Notes: generated by a model not told the origin, from the letters alone. 64,000 nucleotides of DNA from Octopus sinensis (GCF_006345805.1 NC_043006.1:27776001-27840000); one strand, 5' to 3'; counted from the stretch's first letter, positions 50,754 through 64,000 are shown. Translations and numbers: made by a program.

Positions 50754-51319
50754 TTAAATAAATATTAAGTTCTGAATCCTAAGACAGATTACAAGAGAAA
50801 AAAAAGAATGTGAAATGAACTGGAGATGGTTGGAAATGGCACATTTGAAATATTTCAGAAGTGGAATAACATATCCTGTTAATGTTAAATGGCTGACAAA
50901 TTACTGTGTGGAGATAAAGTAGTACAGTTCAATTAGAAACAATAAGATTTCATCATAATCATAATTTTAATGTCCAATTTTTCATGCTTGCATAGGTCAG
51001 ACAAGTTTGAGGCATGTTTTTTTCTATGGGCAAATGCTCTTGCTGTTGCCAACCTTCACATTTCCAAGCAATTTCCAAATGGCTTAACACGTTTCCTTAG
51101 AAGAGTGAAAACAAATAACACCACTTCCGTAATGAAGACACAATGCCAAAAGAAGACACAAACATACATACAAAAAAAAAAGTCATAGTCTTCTTTCAGT
51201 TTTCATCCACAAAATTTCTTTCATAGGACTTGGGTTGGTGAAGGTTATAGAAGACATTTGCCCAGGGTGCCATGCAGTGGGAATGAATCCAAAACCATGT
51301 GACTGGGAAGTAAATTTCT

Positions 51320-52992
51320 TACTGCTGTTCCAGGTGGCGTCGTGTGTGTGTGGATCCATGTGGGGCTCGGGAGGGAGAGTTGTCCTTTAAACAAACCCGG
51401 AACCTACGTGATCTTCTGGTCCATAGCACCTTCTCCTCTCCACCCCCCCAGCCCCACACGGATCCTTCCCATGCTCCAGATCCCACAGCAACACCTGCCC
51501 GTTCATCACTAACACTACTTCTCTTACTGGTTCTAATCAGCAAGCTCTTCACATAACAAATTCCTTCTCTTGCACTTCTAACCTCATATACTGTATTAAA
51601 TGCAACCTCTGTGGTAAACTATATGTAGGTCAAACGCGCGCCAACTGGCTGACCAGTTCACCGAACATCTAAGGGATGTTTGTCTACGTCCGAACATACC
51701 TGTCGCCCGCCACTTCCGCCTCTAACATCTCCGTCTTTGGCCTCACCCTACCCCACACACACATGACTCCGCCTGGAACAGCGGTATATCTTTAATCTAT
51801 GGACAGCTATCCCCTACAGACTAAACACAACCCTCCTATTGACTGCTTCTACACCTCCTGCAACAAGCAACCTTATCTCATTTTTCATTTTTACCTGTAA
51901 TTGCGCATTTATATTGCATTAACTTCCTTATCTCCTTTCAACCTTAATTTTTATATTTTATTGTTTCTATAAATTATTGTTTTTATTTCTATATACACAC
52001 ACATACATACGTACATATCCACGAATGCACATATACCTCCCACACACACATACATGCACATATACAAACACATATACAACCACATATGCCCACGTGCACA
52101 CACACATACAAGAATGCACAGATACCTATCCCACACAACCCCCTACACACACAGACACATACACACACATACATACACAATATATGCATACACGCATGCA
52201 CACATGAATGCACACATACCTAAGTCACAACCCCACGTATATATACCCACATACGCGCACACAACTACATGCAGATACACATGTACACGCACATACATAC
52301 ACGCGCAAAAAACGCACCTATACCCTCGTTCACACACATGCACACACAAAATACACATACTCACACATGTATATACACACGCACACACATGCAAATGAAC
52401 CCACACACCACACATACATACACGCACACAATTATACATACATGTACACACACACATACGCACATACAAGCACACACACACACACACAGAGTAAAGTGCA
52501 GTTACTCTCCACACACACAACCCCTACACATACACACATTGCAAACAAAACACACTACATATACATAGATGCACACACACACATACTTCAAACTACAAGT
52601 AACTTCTACTGACCATTCACCTAGGAACATGTATATGTAGACAAACAGGCAGCCACTCCTACCAAAATTCTTACTACAAATTCTTCCTATGACCTTAAAG
52701 GATACTAGCCCAACCACACACATACCTCCTTCTCTTGCACTCTCCTGTCTTTGAAAGAACTTTTTCTTCACCCATTCCCTTCCGGTCATTTCAATATGTG
52801 ACTGTGTGTGTATTATTGGCAATTTTCTTTCCTTGGATCTTTCCTTTTTCTATGTTTCTGACCAAAGAGCTCCGCTTGAAACGTTAAATCTTTATTCTTT
52901 CTTTCCTTTCCTGAGCATCCAACAACACTATACTTGTAACACATCCTCGTGCTGTTGTGTTTTCTCTTTGTTCATGTTTGGATTAACTATAT
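51320..52992 (+). mobile_element. Penelope-like element upstream partial repeat (pseudo-LTR): GIY-YIG 3' end, CA-rich tract and hammerhead-like motif
   Basis: 51380-52042 duplicates 55274-55957 (NLIYCIKCNLCGKLYVGQT). A degenerate CA tract and the motif at 52854-52889 follow. Confidence 0.85.
52854..52889 (+). ncRNA. Penelope-associated minimal hammerhead, mutated core
   Basis: guuu-CUGACCA-aa-gagc ucc gcuu-GAAA-cg-UU-aaau. G8 is replaced by C. Confidence 0.55.
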
Positions 52993-55957
52993 ATACCGCA
53001 CGCTCACATGGACCCTGGCCTTCTGACTGACTTAGATAACCAATTCCTGGAATTTTTACACCTGCGGATTACTGTTACCATTCATCCAAAGTACGCCACT
53101 CTAATCGTGATTGGAAATCATCAAAAATTTGTCTGTGACTCTTCCACTTTTTCTCGTCCTCTTTTCACTTTTCTCTTTTTGTCGCCACCATTTACACCTA
53201 CACGGACATTCACACCCTCTCACCATGCCTGACCTCCACCATCCGTTCCACCTGCTCCCTACTTCACTCTCTTGACCACCAACTTCTCCAGGCTTACCTC
53301 CTCCTCTCCTCCCTCTGCCCTCCACCCTTCACCCAACCCATTCTCCGCTTCATTCTTAATCTCAACCATCAACTCCACAATTTCCTCATACACACAAAAA
53401 ACTCCACCACCTCCTCAACCTTTCACCTCTTTCCTCTCCCACACCCTACACTTCAGCTCTTCCGACCCCTCCCAATCCCTCATCCACCATGCCCCTCCAC
53501 AGACCCATACACACCCCATCCTGACTTTCCCACCCCTACCCCACCTTCACCCAACCATTCCAACGTTCCTCCCCACCCCTCAGCACACCCTCTTCCTGAC
53601 CACACCCACCCCACCACTCTGCTCCCTCGCACTGCTACTATACCACGCAACTTCCCCCTCTCCGCTGCAGGCGCTTACTCCTCTGTAGGGAACTCCGCTT
53701 CATGCCTCTCACACCCCACTGCGACGAATTTGAAACCTGCACCAATATGAGCCAGTTCCTGCGCCGCATCAAACTATGTGCATTTTTCCACACGTCTACA
53801 CAACTTCATGACAATTGAGATTGCTTTTCAGAGCTGGGGCGCCGCCCATCCAACTGGATGCTGCCTCCTGGCCAATTCAGCAACCTAGACTTGTTCATGC
53901 ACTACTGCATGCGTTGGTAAACTGATTCATTTTCAAAAAAAGATCCCTCCGAGCCAACCTCACCCTTGCTGAATCAATTGCCCTTCACGACGTCTGTCGC
54001 CACAATGACATCGTCATCAAACCGGCAGACAAAGGTGGGGCAGTGGTGGTGTGGCACGTGGAGCTATAAAGAGAGGAAGCGCTCAGCCAACTTCAAAATC
54101 CCCTCTTCTATCACCTCCTCCCACCAACAGCGAGTGTCCTCCACCATCCATGACCTCATCTCCTCTTCTGCTCTCCTCCCCACCGCCACCAACCTCATCT
54201 TCCGAACAGCCTGTACCTTCACCATCTATTTCCTTCCCAAAATACATAAACCCAACAACCCTGGCCGCCCTATCGTTTCTGCCTGTAATTGTTCCACCAA
54301 ACTCATTTCCAAATACCTTGATTGCATCCTGTCCCCTTTAGTTGCTGCCCTCCCATTCCACATACATGACGCTAATCATGCCCTTTGCCTCTTCAATTCC
54401 TTTCCCTTCCCTCCCGGCCCCTCATACCTCCTCTTCACCTTGGACATCAAATCCCTATACACGGTGATTTCCCACGACAGTCTCTTAGCCCTCCAATACT
54501 TCCTCGACTGTCGCCCTGACCCCACACATCCACCCTTCTCTGCCAGGCAGAGCTTGTCCTCACCCTCAACTGCTTTACGATCGCCGGGTAAACCTACCAA
54601 CAGGAGTCTGGTGTTGCGATGGGATCGAGAATGGGCCCCAATTTCGCCAACCTCTTTGTTGGTTACATTGAGGCCCAAGCATTCTCCCAATTCTCTGAGC
54701 CAACCCCAGAGCTACACGGTCGCTACAAAGACTGTATAGGTGCCACCTCCCTCTCCCGTGAACAACTCTGACACTTCATCTCTTTCCTCTCTAACTTCCA
54801 CCCTTCTCTCCAATTCACTTCTATCTCTAAAACCTCTGTTAACTTCCTTGATATCTCTCTTACTATTGACCACCCCTCCCACACTCATCACCTCTGCCTT
54901 CTTCAAACCCACAGATTCCCAGCTCTACCTCAACTTCTCCTCCTCCCATCCTTTCCACACCAAACGGGCCATCCCCTACTCCCAGTTCCTCCGCCTCCGA
55001 CGCTTGTGCAGCCAGGACCAGGATTTTGAGACCTAGTCCCAATACCTTGCCCACCTGTTCAGGTATCGAAGGTACTCCTCAATCCTTGTCCAAAATGCCC
55101 TTGCCCGCGCTCGATGAATCAATCGCACCACCACCCTTCTCCTTCCTCTCACCAACCCCCTAACCGCATCCCTTTCCCACCCCTCCACTCTTACCTTTCA
55201 TCAGAGGATACTATGGGCCTTCCATCGTCTCAAGCTCAATCCCACCATCTGCACCATTTTCCCCAACCCACCCTTGTCCTTTAAATGCGCCCGGAAACTA
55301 TGTGATCTTCTGGTCTGTAGCACCTTCTCTTCTTCCTCCCCAGCCCCACATGGATCCTTCCTGTGCTCCAGATCCCACTGCAACACCTGCCCGTTCATAA
55401 CCAACACTACTTCTCTCACTGATATATCAGCAAACTCTTCACATAACAAATTCCTTCTCTTGAACTTCTTCTAGCCTCATATACTGTATTAGATGCAACC
55501 TCTGCGGTAAACTATATGTAGGTCAGACAGGCTGCCGACTGGCTGACCAGTTCACTGAACATCTAAGCGATGTTCGTCTACGTTTGAACACGCCCGTCGC
55601 CCGCCACTTCCGTTTGGCCAACCATTCCCCTCTAACATCTCCGTCTTTGGCCTCGCTCTACACCACGGATCCACAACTCCGCCTGGGACAGTGGTATATC
55701 TTTAATCTATGGACAACTATCCCCTGTGGACTAAGCACAACCCCCTCCGCCAATTGACTGCCTCTACACCTCCTGCAACAAGATATCTTATTTCATTTTT
55801 ACTTGTAATTGCACCATTTATATTGCATTAACTTCCTTATCACCTTTCAACCTTAATTTTTATATTTTATTGTTTTTATTGTAATGTTTTTATTTCTATA
55901 TACAAGCACACATACACAAACATACGTACATATCCACGACCGCGCATATACCTCCCA
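52993..55957 (+). mobile_element. Penelope-like retroelement (RT + GIY-YIG), decayed
   Basis: IVIKPADKGGAVVVW, YFLPKIHKPNNPGRPIVS, LFTLDIKSLYT, GVAMGSRMGPNFANLFVGYIE, FKPTDS.LYLNFSSSHP..KRAIPYSQFLRLRRLCS, CNTCPF, LIYCIRCNLCGKLYVGQTG. Frameshifts and stops throughout. Confidence 0.92.
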
Positions 55958-56279
55958 TCTTGAAAAATGGCAAAATTGTTGGCAGTTGACATCCGAGATA
56001 ATTTTAGTAACAAATCAAACAGGTAAGAAGCATTAAGAATTTCGATTCTAGTGTTTATCCATAATGTTATTGCTTTTACACCTCAATTTACCTACCCATA
56101 AAAGTCAAATTTAATCAGAAAGATTAGCTAAAATTACATAACTATAAACCACTGGTATATAAGCACCAACTGACAAAATTTCAAATCCGTATGTAAAAAG
56201 GTGAAGTCATAAGCAAATATTGTGGACACCCCTCTTGAACCTGAATAATTCGAAATAATGTGAACAAATAAGCATTACA

Positions 56280-56811
56280 AATGAGAGATGAACCCACACC
56301 TGAAAAGATAATGGGGTCAGCTAACCATTATACCATAGCAACACTTCAGTTTTTCTCCATTTATTTTAGAAGTTTTGCTTTATGAGATGGAGACAAAAAT
56401 CAACACTGCTCAATAGACTGGCTAGTTAAAAAGAAAAATAAGGGATCAGAAAATATAGATATCATCATGGAAGTCGATTCTATTGAGATCGCTACTGTGC
56501 AATATTTCTTGTAGTTTTTCAATGTCCTGTCTTCTATGCTTACATGAATCAAATGGAGTTTTATTGAGAAAGATTTTCTTTGGCAAGATGCTCTACCTGT
56601 AGACAACCTTAACCTCTTTCCAAGAAAGGAATATATCCCCATGGTCAGACAAATTTTCACTGAATTTGGAGATTAATGACAATACTTGTATGACAGTGAC
56701 AGACATTTACAACTATCAGGCAAAGGCAAGCAAGACAAAAAAGACACATACATACTCATCACACACACAAACGTACATTTATACGAATGTGTTATATATG
56801 CACACACATAT
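56280..56811 (+). repeat. Local direct duplicate of 58380-58930, flanked by a 17-bp direct repeat
   Basis: Near-identical to 58380-58930 apart from a ~17-nt deletion and a few substitutions. aacaaataagcattaca occurs at 56263-56279 and 56812-56828. Confidence 0.92.
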
Positions 56812-57080
56812 AACAAATAAGCATTACATTACATCTGAACACTAAAGGGTTAAAGTGGACTGTGATAAAGGCAGCCATGAACTAAGTGTTAAACTAGCTA
56901 ATGAAATATGTCTCATCTTTACATCATCAGGCTTTTAAAATAGATGCTTTCTTCAGAATTAGTGGTACTAATATGAAGATCATCTCCAGCAATTTTATAA
57001 CAAGTTAGCATGATAAAACCATGCCAGTCTTGTGTGATTTGATATCGAAAGAGTTAACATGATATTTTCTTTATATGAAA

Positions 57081-57378
57081 CTAGCAGTATCGCCCGGCGT
57101 TGCTCGGGTTTGTAAGGGAAATAACTATATAAGCATTTTTAGAGAGTTACTTTACTTATATAAACCAAGCAAAAAATGCATTAAAAATGCGAAAAAATGA
57201 TGGTAAATTTTTTTTTTGATCGTAGACGCGCGCTAATACCCAGAAGGGCTCGATATGAATCACGACTATAAGATACCCGCTTTTGGTTAAACTGCACCAC
57301 AAAATGTGGGAGTAGTTAGGAATCTAAATCGGAGGAGACAGACTCTCACACACACAACTTCGGTTTTATATATAAAGA
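57081..57378 (-). mobile_element. Non-autonomous Helitron, 298 bp
   Basis: Minus strand starts A|TCTTTATATATAAAA and ends with hairpin cccgagcaacgccggg, 8 nt, then CTAG|T. Inserted between A and T without a TSD. Confidence 0.88.
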
Positions 57379-59702
57379 TATTTCATCACAAAATTCCAAA
57401 AGAGAACGCTTTAGCTATAACTGTAAAACACCAGAATTATCTCCCAGACAATTAATTAATTAAAAAATGCAAATTAACTGGTCATCATTTTTCCATAAAT
57501 AAGGTGAAGGTTATAATAATTATAGCTTTACAATAAAAATTTAGATATTTTTGTGAATATGATGAGTAGGATTTTTGTACTCTGATACAAATCAGTTGAA
57601 GTTATTTTACTGATCCAGGGGGATGAAATATAAAATAAATCTTGGTGGAATTTGAACTCCAAATAGAAAATAATAAAAACATACAATAATGAGAGACATT
57701 GTAAATACTGAAACAGACCTACTGGAAGAGCTGAACAATATACCTACAGCTTGCCAAGCAATCACAAAATGTTTTTAGTTTAATTTTCATTAACGATAAT
57801 GATTTGAAATAAATATATTTCCAAATAAAATTTGTGTACCTTTGTGTATATGATATATGCATCAGTGAACATGAATGAAAAAATTACATCAATTCATTTT
57901 AACTAAAATATCTCTAACAAAGAGTAAAGTGGGAACAATGCCTGATAAGTTCTCACAATGTTATTTCCTAAGTATAAAAATGGTTCCATCAAAATCGTAA
58001 CTACATAGCATAAATAATTAGCTTTGCTGAAGAGAGGTGGGGGACATCACTGAATACTTCATCTCTTGGAGGTGAAGCAAGGAACATTACACTGGAGTGA
58101 TTCTTCATATCCTTCCTATTTCTCAAGTCAATGGAAAGGTTTGAAATCAACACTGAAGCATAACATCAATTATATAATGTCTTTGTTGGCTATACCAGTA
58201 CCTGCAAGGTACATACCTATTTATAGCTAGATGTACTGGGTCCTTAAAAATATATTTACTAAGAAATTTCAGTAAATTACTTTTTTTCTGTTTGTTTTAT
58301 GGTGGAAAACTGAGTAGATAAAGCTATAAATAATAACATGTAGAATAGTGGCTGAAAAAAGAAAACATTTGCTTGAACAAATGAGAGATGAACCCACACC
58401 TGAAAAGATAATGGGGTGAGCCAACCATTATACCATAGCAACACTTCAGTTTTTCTCCATTTATTTTAGAAGTTTTGCTTTATGAGCTGGAGACAAAAAT
58501 CAACACTGCTCAATAGACTGGCTAGTTAAAAAGAAAACTAAGGGATCAGAAAATATAGATATCATCATGGAAGTCGATTCTATTGAGATCGCTACTGTGC
58601 AAGATTCAATTTTTGTCCATATTTCTTGTAGTTTTTCAATGTCCTGTCTTCTATGCTTACATGAATCAAATGAAGTTTTATTGAGAAAGATTTTCTTTGG
58701 CAAGATGCTCTACCTGTAGACAACTTTAACCTCTTTCCAAGAAAGGAATATATATCCCCATGGTCAGACAAATTTTCACTGAATTTGGAGATTAATGACA
58801 ATACTTGTATGACAGTGACAGACATTTACAACTATCAGGCAAAGGCAAGCAAGACAAAAAAGACACATACATACTCATCACACACACAAACGTACATTTA
58901 TACGAATATGTTATATATGCACACACATATACATACACACACACACACACAATAATTTCCTTTCAGCTGCTCTCCACCAGATCTACTCAAGTCTTTGATT
59001 GGCCAGAGGCTTAAGTAGGAAACAATTGGTCAAGGTACTATGCAGAGAGACTGAACCTGAAACCATGTGGTTGTGAAGCAAACTCTGTAACCATATAGCC
59101 AAGCCTGCACATTGTATATTTTAGGCTAAGAACAATTAACGATTCTTCTACAACAAATATTTGTTCATAGATTATAGAAAAGAAGAGCTGGAGAGGACCT
59201 AATCAAAGAGTATTACATTTTCCTTACAGCCACTTTGTAACGTTACTGCAATCAGTAAATTGTAAGCTGTTTAGAAGTTGGTGTAAAATACGTCAGGGTG
59301 CTTGCTTTAGCAAACACACTATGCAGCTACCTAACAGCTCAAATTTCACTGACAGTAAATAACGCAGCAATACCAAAGAAAGAATGAAGAATTATAACCA
59401 TGCAACAATGAAATATGATTAAAAGTTGTTAAAACAGAAAGTGTGTAATCAGAGGAATTAGACTTACAAAAATACCTCAGAGAAGATAAAGATTGGCAAT
59501 TAAATCACACACACATATACGCTTTAAGCGTGCATATGCATGCACACACACACATATATATACATGTGTAAATAGTGAAGAATTTTAGAAAAAGTAGTCT
59601 ATGTCAGAGGTAAAGTATAAAAATAATTACATAAACAACAACCAACATAGTTGAACAAATAAAATTCAATCATAACTAAATGGGTCTCAATTTCCAGTCA
59701 GC

Positions 59703-59753
<51 letters not shown>

Positions 59754-59842
59754 AATCCAAAAGGGAAACAAAAAAACAACAACAACAGGAACAATTACAG
59801 TAGTATTATTATAATAGGCGCTCAGGAGATGGAAGCAGGGAG

Positions 59843-59877
59843 GTATGACGTTTCGAGCGGAGCTCTTCGTCGGAAAC
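59843..59877 (-). ncRNA. Penelope-associated minimal hammerhead, one core substitution
   Basis: guuu-CCGACGA-a-gagc ucc gcuc-GAAA-cg-UC-auac. U4 is replaced by C. Stem III is the ACGU palindrome; GUC site. Confidence 0.6.
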
Positions 59878-60054
59878 ATAAAGAAGGAAGAGAGAGGAAA
59901 GAAAGATCCCAGAGCAAGCAGGGGGCAACAGGGAAAGAGAAAAAAGACGACTGGTGTTTACGAGTTGCACATGGTGAAGGCGGATGTTGACGATAACAAG
60001 AGCAAAGTGGGTTTTTAAAGGCAAAAGAGTGGAGACAAGGTTGGTAACCCAACA

Positions 60055-62820
60055 GATGTGTGTGTATGTGTGAGTGTGTGCATGTGCGTGTGTGTATGTG
60101 TGTGTGTGAGGCGAGATGAAAAAACAAAAAATATAGGTGTGTGTTAGTGTGTGCGTCTGTGTGTAGGCGTGTGAGGTAGGGCGAGACTAGTGGTCAGCTA
60201 GCAGACAGAAGAAAAGAAGGAAGGAGGAGGAAGGGAGGTCAGTAGTAAGAAAAAGAAGGAAGGAGGAAGGGAGGGAGGGGAAGGGGTGGGGGCGTATGTA
60301 GCGTGCCAGCGTGTGTTGAGTAGTAGTGTGTGTGTGTGTCCAGTGTCGTGGTGGTATTAATGAGTAGATTGAATGTGTGTAAGAGTGATGTATATATATA
60401 GGCAAGGTGTGTATATGTGTGCGCGTGTGTGTAACGAAAAAAGGGGGGGGTAAGGAAAAAGGACTCCAGCTGAGGGGAAGATGGAAGAGTGGTACCGCGG
60501 AGACAGGCGTGGGAAAACCCAACGACACGCGACGGTCCCAGGAACGGGCGGGAGGTCTCGTCAGGTCCAAGGGCGAGGTGTATGCGACGCGTATGCAACG
60601 CGAGCCGGCGTAAGTGCGTATGTGCGCGTGCCTGCGAGTATGCGCGTACGTATGTATGTGTGTGGATGTGTGAGTGTGTCTGTGTGTATGTCTGGGTGGC
60701 AGTGTGTGCGATGAATGTATGTGAGTATGTGTGTATGTATGTGTGTGCATAGATGTATGTCCGTGTGTGTGTGTGTATGTGTGTGAGTGTGTATGTATGT
60801 ACGTGTGGTGTGGGGAAGTGTGTGTATGTGCATGTGTGTGCGCGTACATACAGGTGTGTGAGTGAGTGTGTGTGTATGTATGTTGTGAGTGTGTATGTAT
60901 GTGTGTGTCGGATGCATGTATGTGTATGGGTGTATGTATGCGTGTGTGTATGTATGTATGTGTACGTGCGTGTGTGTGTGTGTATGCGTGTAGGTGTGCG
61001 CGTGTGCATGCATGCATGCATGTGCGTATGTGTGTGTTGTGTGCATGTGTGTGGGTATATATGTATGTGCGTATATGTGTGTGTATGTGCGTACATGTGT
61101 GTGTGTGTATGCATGTGTGTGTATGTAGGTGTGTAGGCGTGTGTGTATAGGTGTATGTATGTAAGTATGTGTGGGTGTGTCCGTGTATGTGTGTGTATGT
61201 ATGTGTGTGTATGTAGGTTGGTGGGCGTGTGTGTATGTGTGTGTATGTAGGTGTGTGGGCGTGTGTATATAGGTGTGTATGTCTGGGTGTGTCCGTGCAT
61301 GTTTGTGTGTGTGTGTGTGTATGCATGTGTATGTGGGTGTGTGTGTGTATGTGTAATGTATGTGTGTGTGCGTGTGTATGCGTGCGTGTGTGTATGTAGG
61401 TGCGTGTGTATGTGTGTGGGAGTGTAGGTGTGTGTGTGCGTGTGCGTGTTTATGTTGGTGTGTGTACGTATGTGAGTGTGAGTGTATGGGTGTTTGTCAT
61501 GCATGTGTGTGCGCGTGCAGGTGAGTGTGTGTGTAAGTATGTGTGTGTGTATGTTTGTGTGAGTGTGTAAGTGTGTATGTCTTTGTGTATGTATGTGCGT
61601 ATAGGAGTATGTGGGTATGTGTGTATGTATGTATATGGGTGTATGTATGTATGTGTGTGTGTGTGTGCATGTGTATAAGTATATGTGTGTGTGCGTATGT
61701 GTGTATATGTATATGTGTGTGTGTTTATGTATGTGTGTATGTATGTGTGTAGGCGTGTGTGTGTGTAGATGTATGTATGTATGGGTGTGTGTCCGTGTGT
61801 GTTTGTGTGTGTGTAGGTAGATGTGTGTGTCTGAGTGAGGGTATGGCTGTGTAGGTGTGTGTGTGTATGAATGTAAGTGTGTGTGTATACAAGTGTAATG
61901 TATGTATGTAGGTGTGTGTGTGTGTGTATGTGTACGTGTGCGTGTGTATGTGTGGTGTGTATGCGTGTGAGTGTGAGTGTATGGGTGTATGTCTGTGTGT
62001 GTGTATGTCTGAAGTAGGTATGTATGTGTATGTATGTATGTGTGTGTGTGTGCAGGTATGTGTGTGTATGTGTGTGTGTGAGTAGGTGTGCGTGTATGTA
62101 TGTGGGTAGGGATGCATGCGAGTGTGTGGGTATGTATGCATACATACGTACGCGCACATCCGAAGCAAGCCCACACGCACAAGCGCGCTCACGCACACAA
62201 CGCACAAGCAGTACAACGCAAGCCCAAGGGGCCGACCAAGCCCCCAGCGCGCGCCAAGGCGCGCGAGCGCAAAGGCCCTCGAACGCCCCGCTACGCGGGA
62301 ACCGAGGATCCATCAGCCAAAACCGGAAAGCAGAGAAAAGAGGGGGGGCTGCCTGGATGCAAAAAGGTGTGTGTGTGTGTGCATTCAGTGTAAGGGTGTG
62401 CATGTGTGGGCATGTATGTATGTATGTGCCTACATGTATGTTTGCATGTGGTGTGTGAAGTATGACGTGCGGTGTGTGTGTGTGTGTGTGTGTGAGTGTG
62501 TGTGTATGTATGTGCGTATGTATGTGTGTGTGTATGTGTGTATGTATGTCTGTGTGTGTGTGTGTGTGTAAGTATGTATGTGTGGCGTATGTATGTATGT
62601 GTGTGTGTATGTGCATGTTGGTTTGTATGTTAGTGTGTGCTAGTATGTCTGTAAGTGTGTGTGATTAAATGTGTGAATGTATGTACGTAAATGGGTCTGC
62701 GTATGTGTGTGTGTGAACAGGCGTGTGGGAGGTAGGTGGTGGGTGGTGTGTGGGAGGTAGGTGGGTGGGTGTGTGCGTGTGGGAGGAGGTGGGTGTGTGG
62801 TGTGTGTGTGGGTGGTGTGC
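60055..62820. repeat. Long degenerate (TG)/(TATG) microsatellite region with GC-rich islands
   Basis: Directly visible. Produces the long His/Thr- and Val/Cys-rich spurious ORFs. Confidence 0.93.
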
Positions 62821-62847
62821 AAAAAAAAAAAAAAAAAAAAAAAAAAA

Positions 62848-64000
62848 GCAGATCTCAAGAGGAGGGGGCTGTGTTAAGTCCGTGTGGGGTGGTAGTTTGT
62901 AGGGTGAAGATGTAGCGTTGCTCCAAGTGGAGCCTGGAAAGTGGGCGACCTTGGGGGGGGCGAGACCAAACACTGAGATGTCATCTAGGGAATGGCCGGC
63001 CGAACGGAAGTGGCGTGCGACGGGAGAAAGAGAGTGTAGGCGAACGTCCCTTAAGTGCTCAGTGAAACGGTCGGACAACCGGCGTCCCGTCTGTCCTACA
63101 TACAGCATCCCGCATAGGTTGCATTTAATGCAGTAAATAAGGCCAGACGAGGTGCACGTAAAAGAGTGCCTAATGCGTACAGTGTGCAGGTTGGAGCCGG
63201 TGACAGCGGTGGTGTTGGTGATGAAGGGGCAAGTGTTGCAGCGGGATCTAGAGCAAGGGAATGATCCGTGTGGGGCTGAGGGGGGGAAGGAGAGAGGGTG
63301 CTGTGGACCAGGAGGTCACGCAGATTGCGGGCTCGTTTGAAAGAGGACAGGGGTAGGTTAGGGAAAATGGGGGGGTGGTGGGATCAAGCTGGAGGCGACG
63401 GAAGGCACGTAGTATCTTGCGACGAAGGGGTAGGGTAGAGGGGTGGAAAAGGAGGGGGAAGGGGGTGCGGTTGGGGGGTGGGCGGGGGGAAGGAGACAGG
63501 GCGGTAGTGCGGTCGATGCGACGGGCGCGGGTGAGGGCATCAGAGAGGAGTAGGGTGGGTAACCTCGGAGTCTGAACATGCGGGCCAGGTATTGAGATTG
63601 GGTCTCGAAATCCTGGTCGCGGCTGCACAAACGTCGGAGGCGGAGGAACTGGGAGTAGGGGATGGCTCGTTTGGTGTGGAAGGGGTGGGAGGAAGAGAAG
63701 TTGAGATAGAGGTGGGAATCCGTAGGTTTAAAAAAGGCGGTGGTGGTGAGAGATCTGGAGGGGTGATCGATGCGGAGAGAGATGTCAAGGAAGTTGACAG
63801 AGGTGTTGGAGATGGTGGAGGTGAATTGAAGGGAGGGGTGAAAGTTGGAAAGGAAAGAGATGAATTGGCAGAGAAGTTCACGGGAAAGGGAGGTGGCACC
63901 TACGCAGTCGTCGTCGATATAGCGACCGTATAGTTCGGGGGTCGGCCCAGAGAACTGGGAGAACACTTGGGCCTCAATGTAGCAAGAAAGAAAGAGACTG
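62848..64000 (-). mobile_element. Penelope-like retroelement 3' part (RT C-terminus + GIY-YIG), runs off window
   Basis: YGRYIDD, VNFLDI, FKPTDSHLYLNFSSSHP, CNTCPF, CTSSGLIYCIKCNLCGMLYVGQTGRRLSDRFTEH..VARHF. Same family as 52993-55957, opposite orientation. Confidence 0.93.

Noticed and set aside
60187-62616. Long ORFs of 379, 647 and 388 aa rich in His/Thr/Tyr
   Set aside because: Translations of degenerate CA microsatellite; no domain content.

Overview
Eukaryotic, AT-rich, repeat-dense genomic DNA. The repeat families suggest an octopus or other coleoid cephalopod (inference). There are two convergent host genes. On +, the 3' ~620 codons of an Hsp110/HSPA4-family chaperone run intron-free from base 1 to 1863. 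On -, a spliced Abl-interactor (Abi) gene has five firm exons plus a candidate 51-nt exon between 50338 and 28356; its first coding exon was not found. The rest is nested transposons: RTE-type LINEs, a decayed Helitron (Rep+helicase), mariner elements, hAT/piggyBac/mariner MITEs, a short non-autonomous Helitron, tRNA-derived SINEs, Penelope-like elements (RT+GIY-YIG) and microsatellites. The most notable signal is invisible in the ORF track. A ~4 kb stretch of one Abi intron (32973-36810) holds three hammerhead ribozyme folds with complete catalytic cores and extended stem II, a decayed fourth, and two long foldback hairpins. Further hammerhead-like motifs lie in the Penelope 3' regions. All coordinates and folds were read by eye; no ribozyme activity has been tested.
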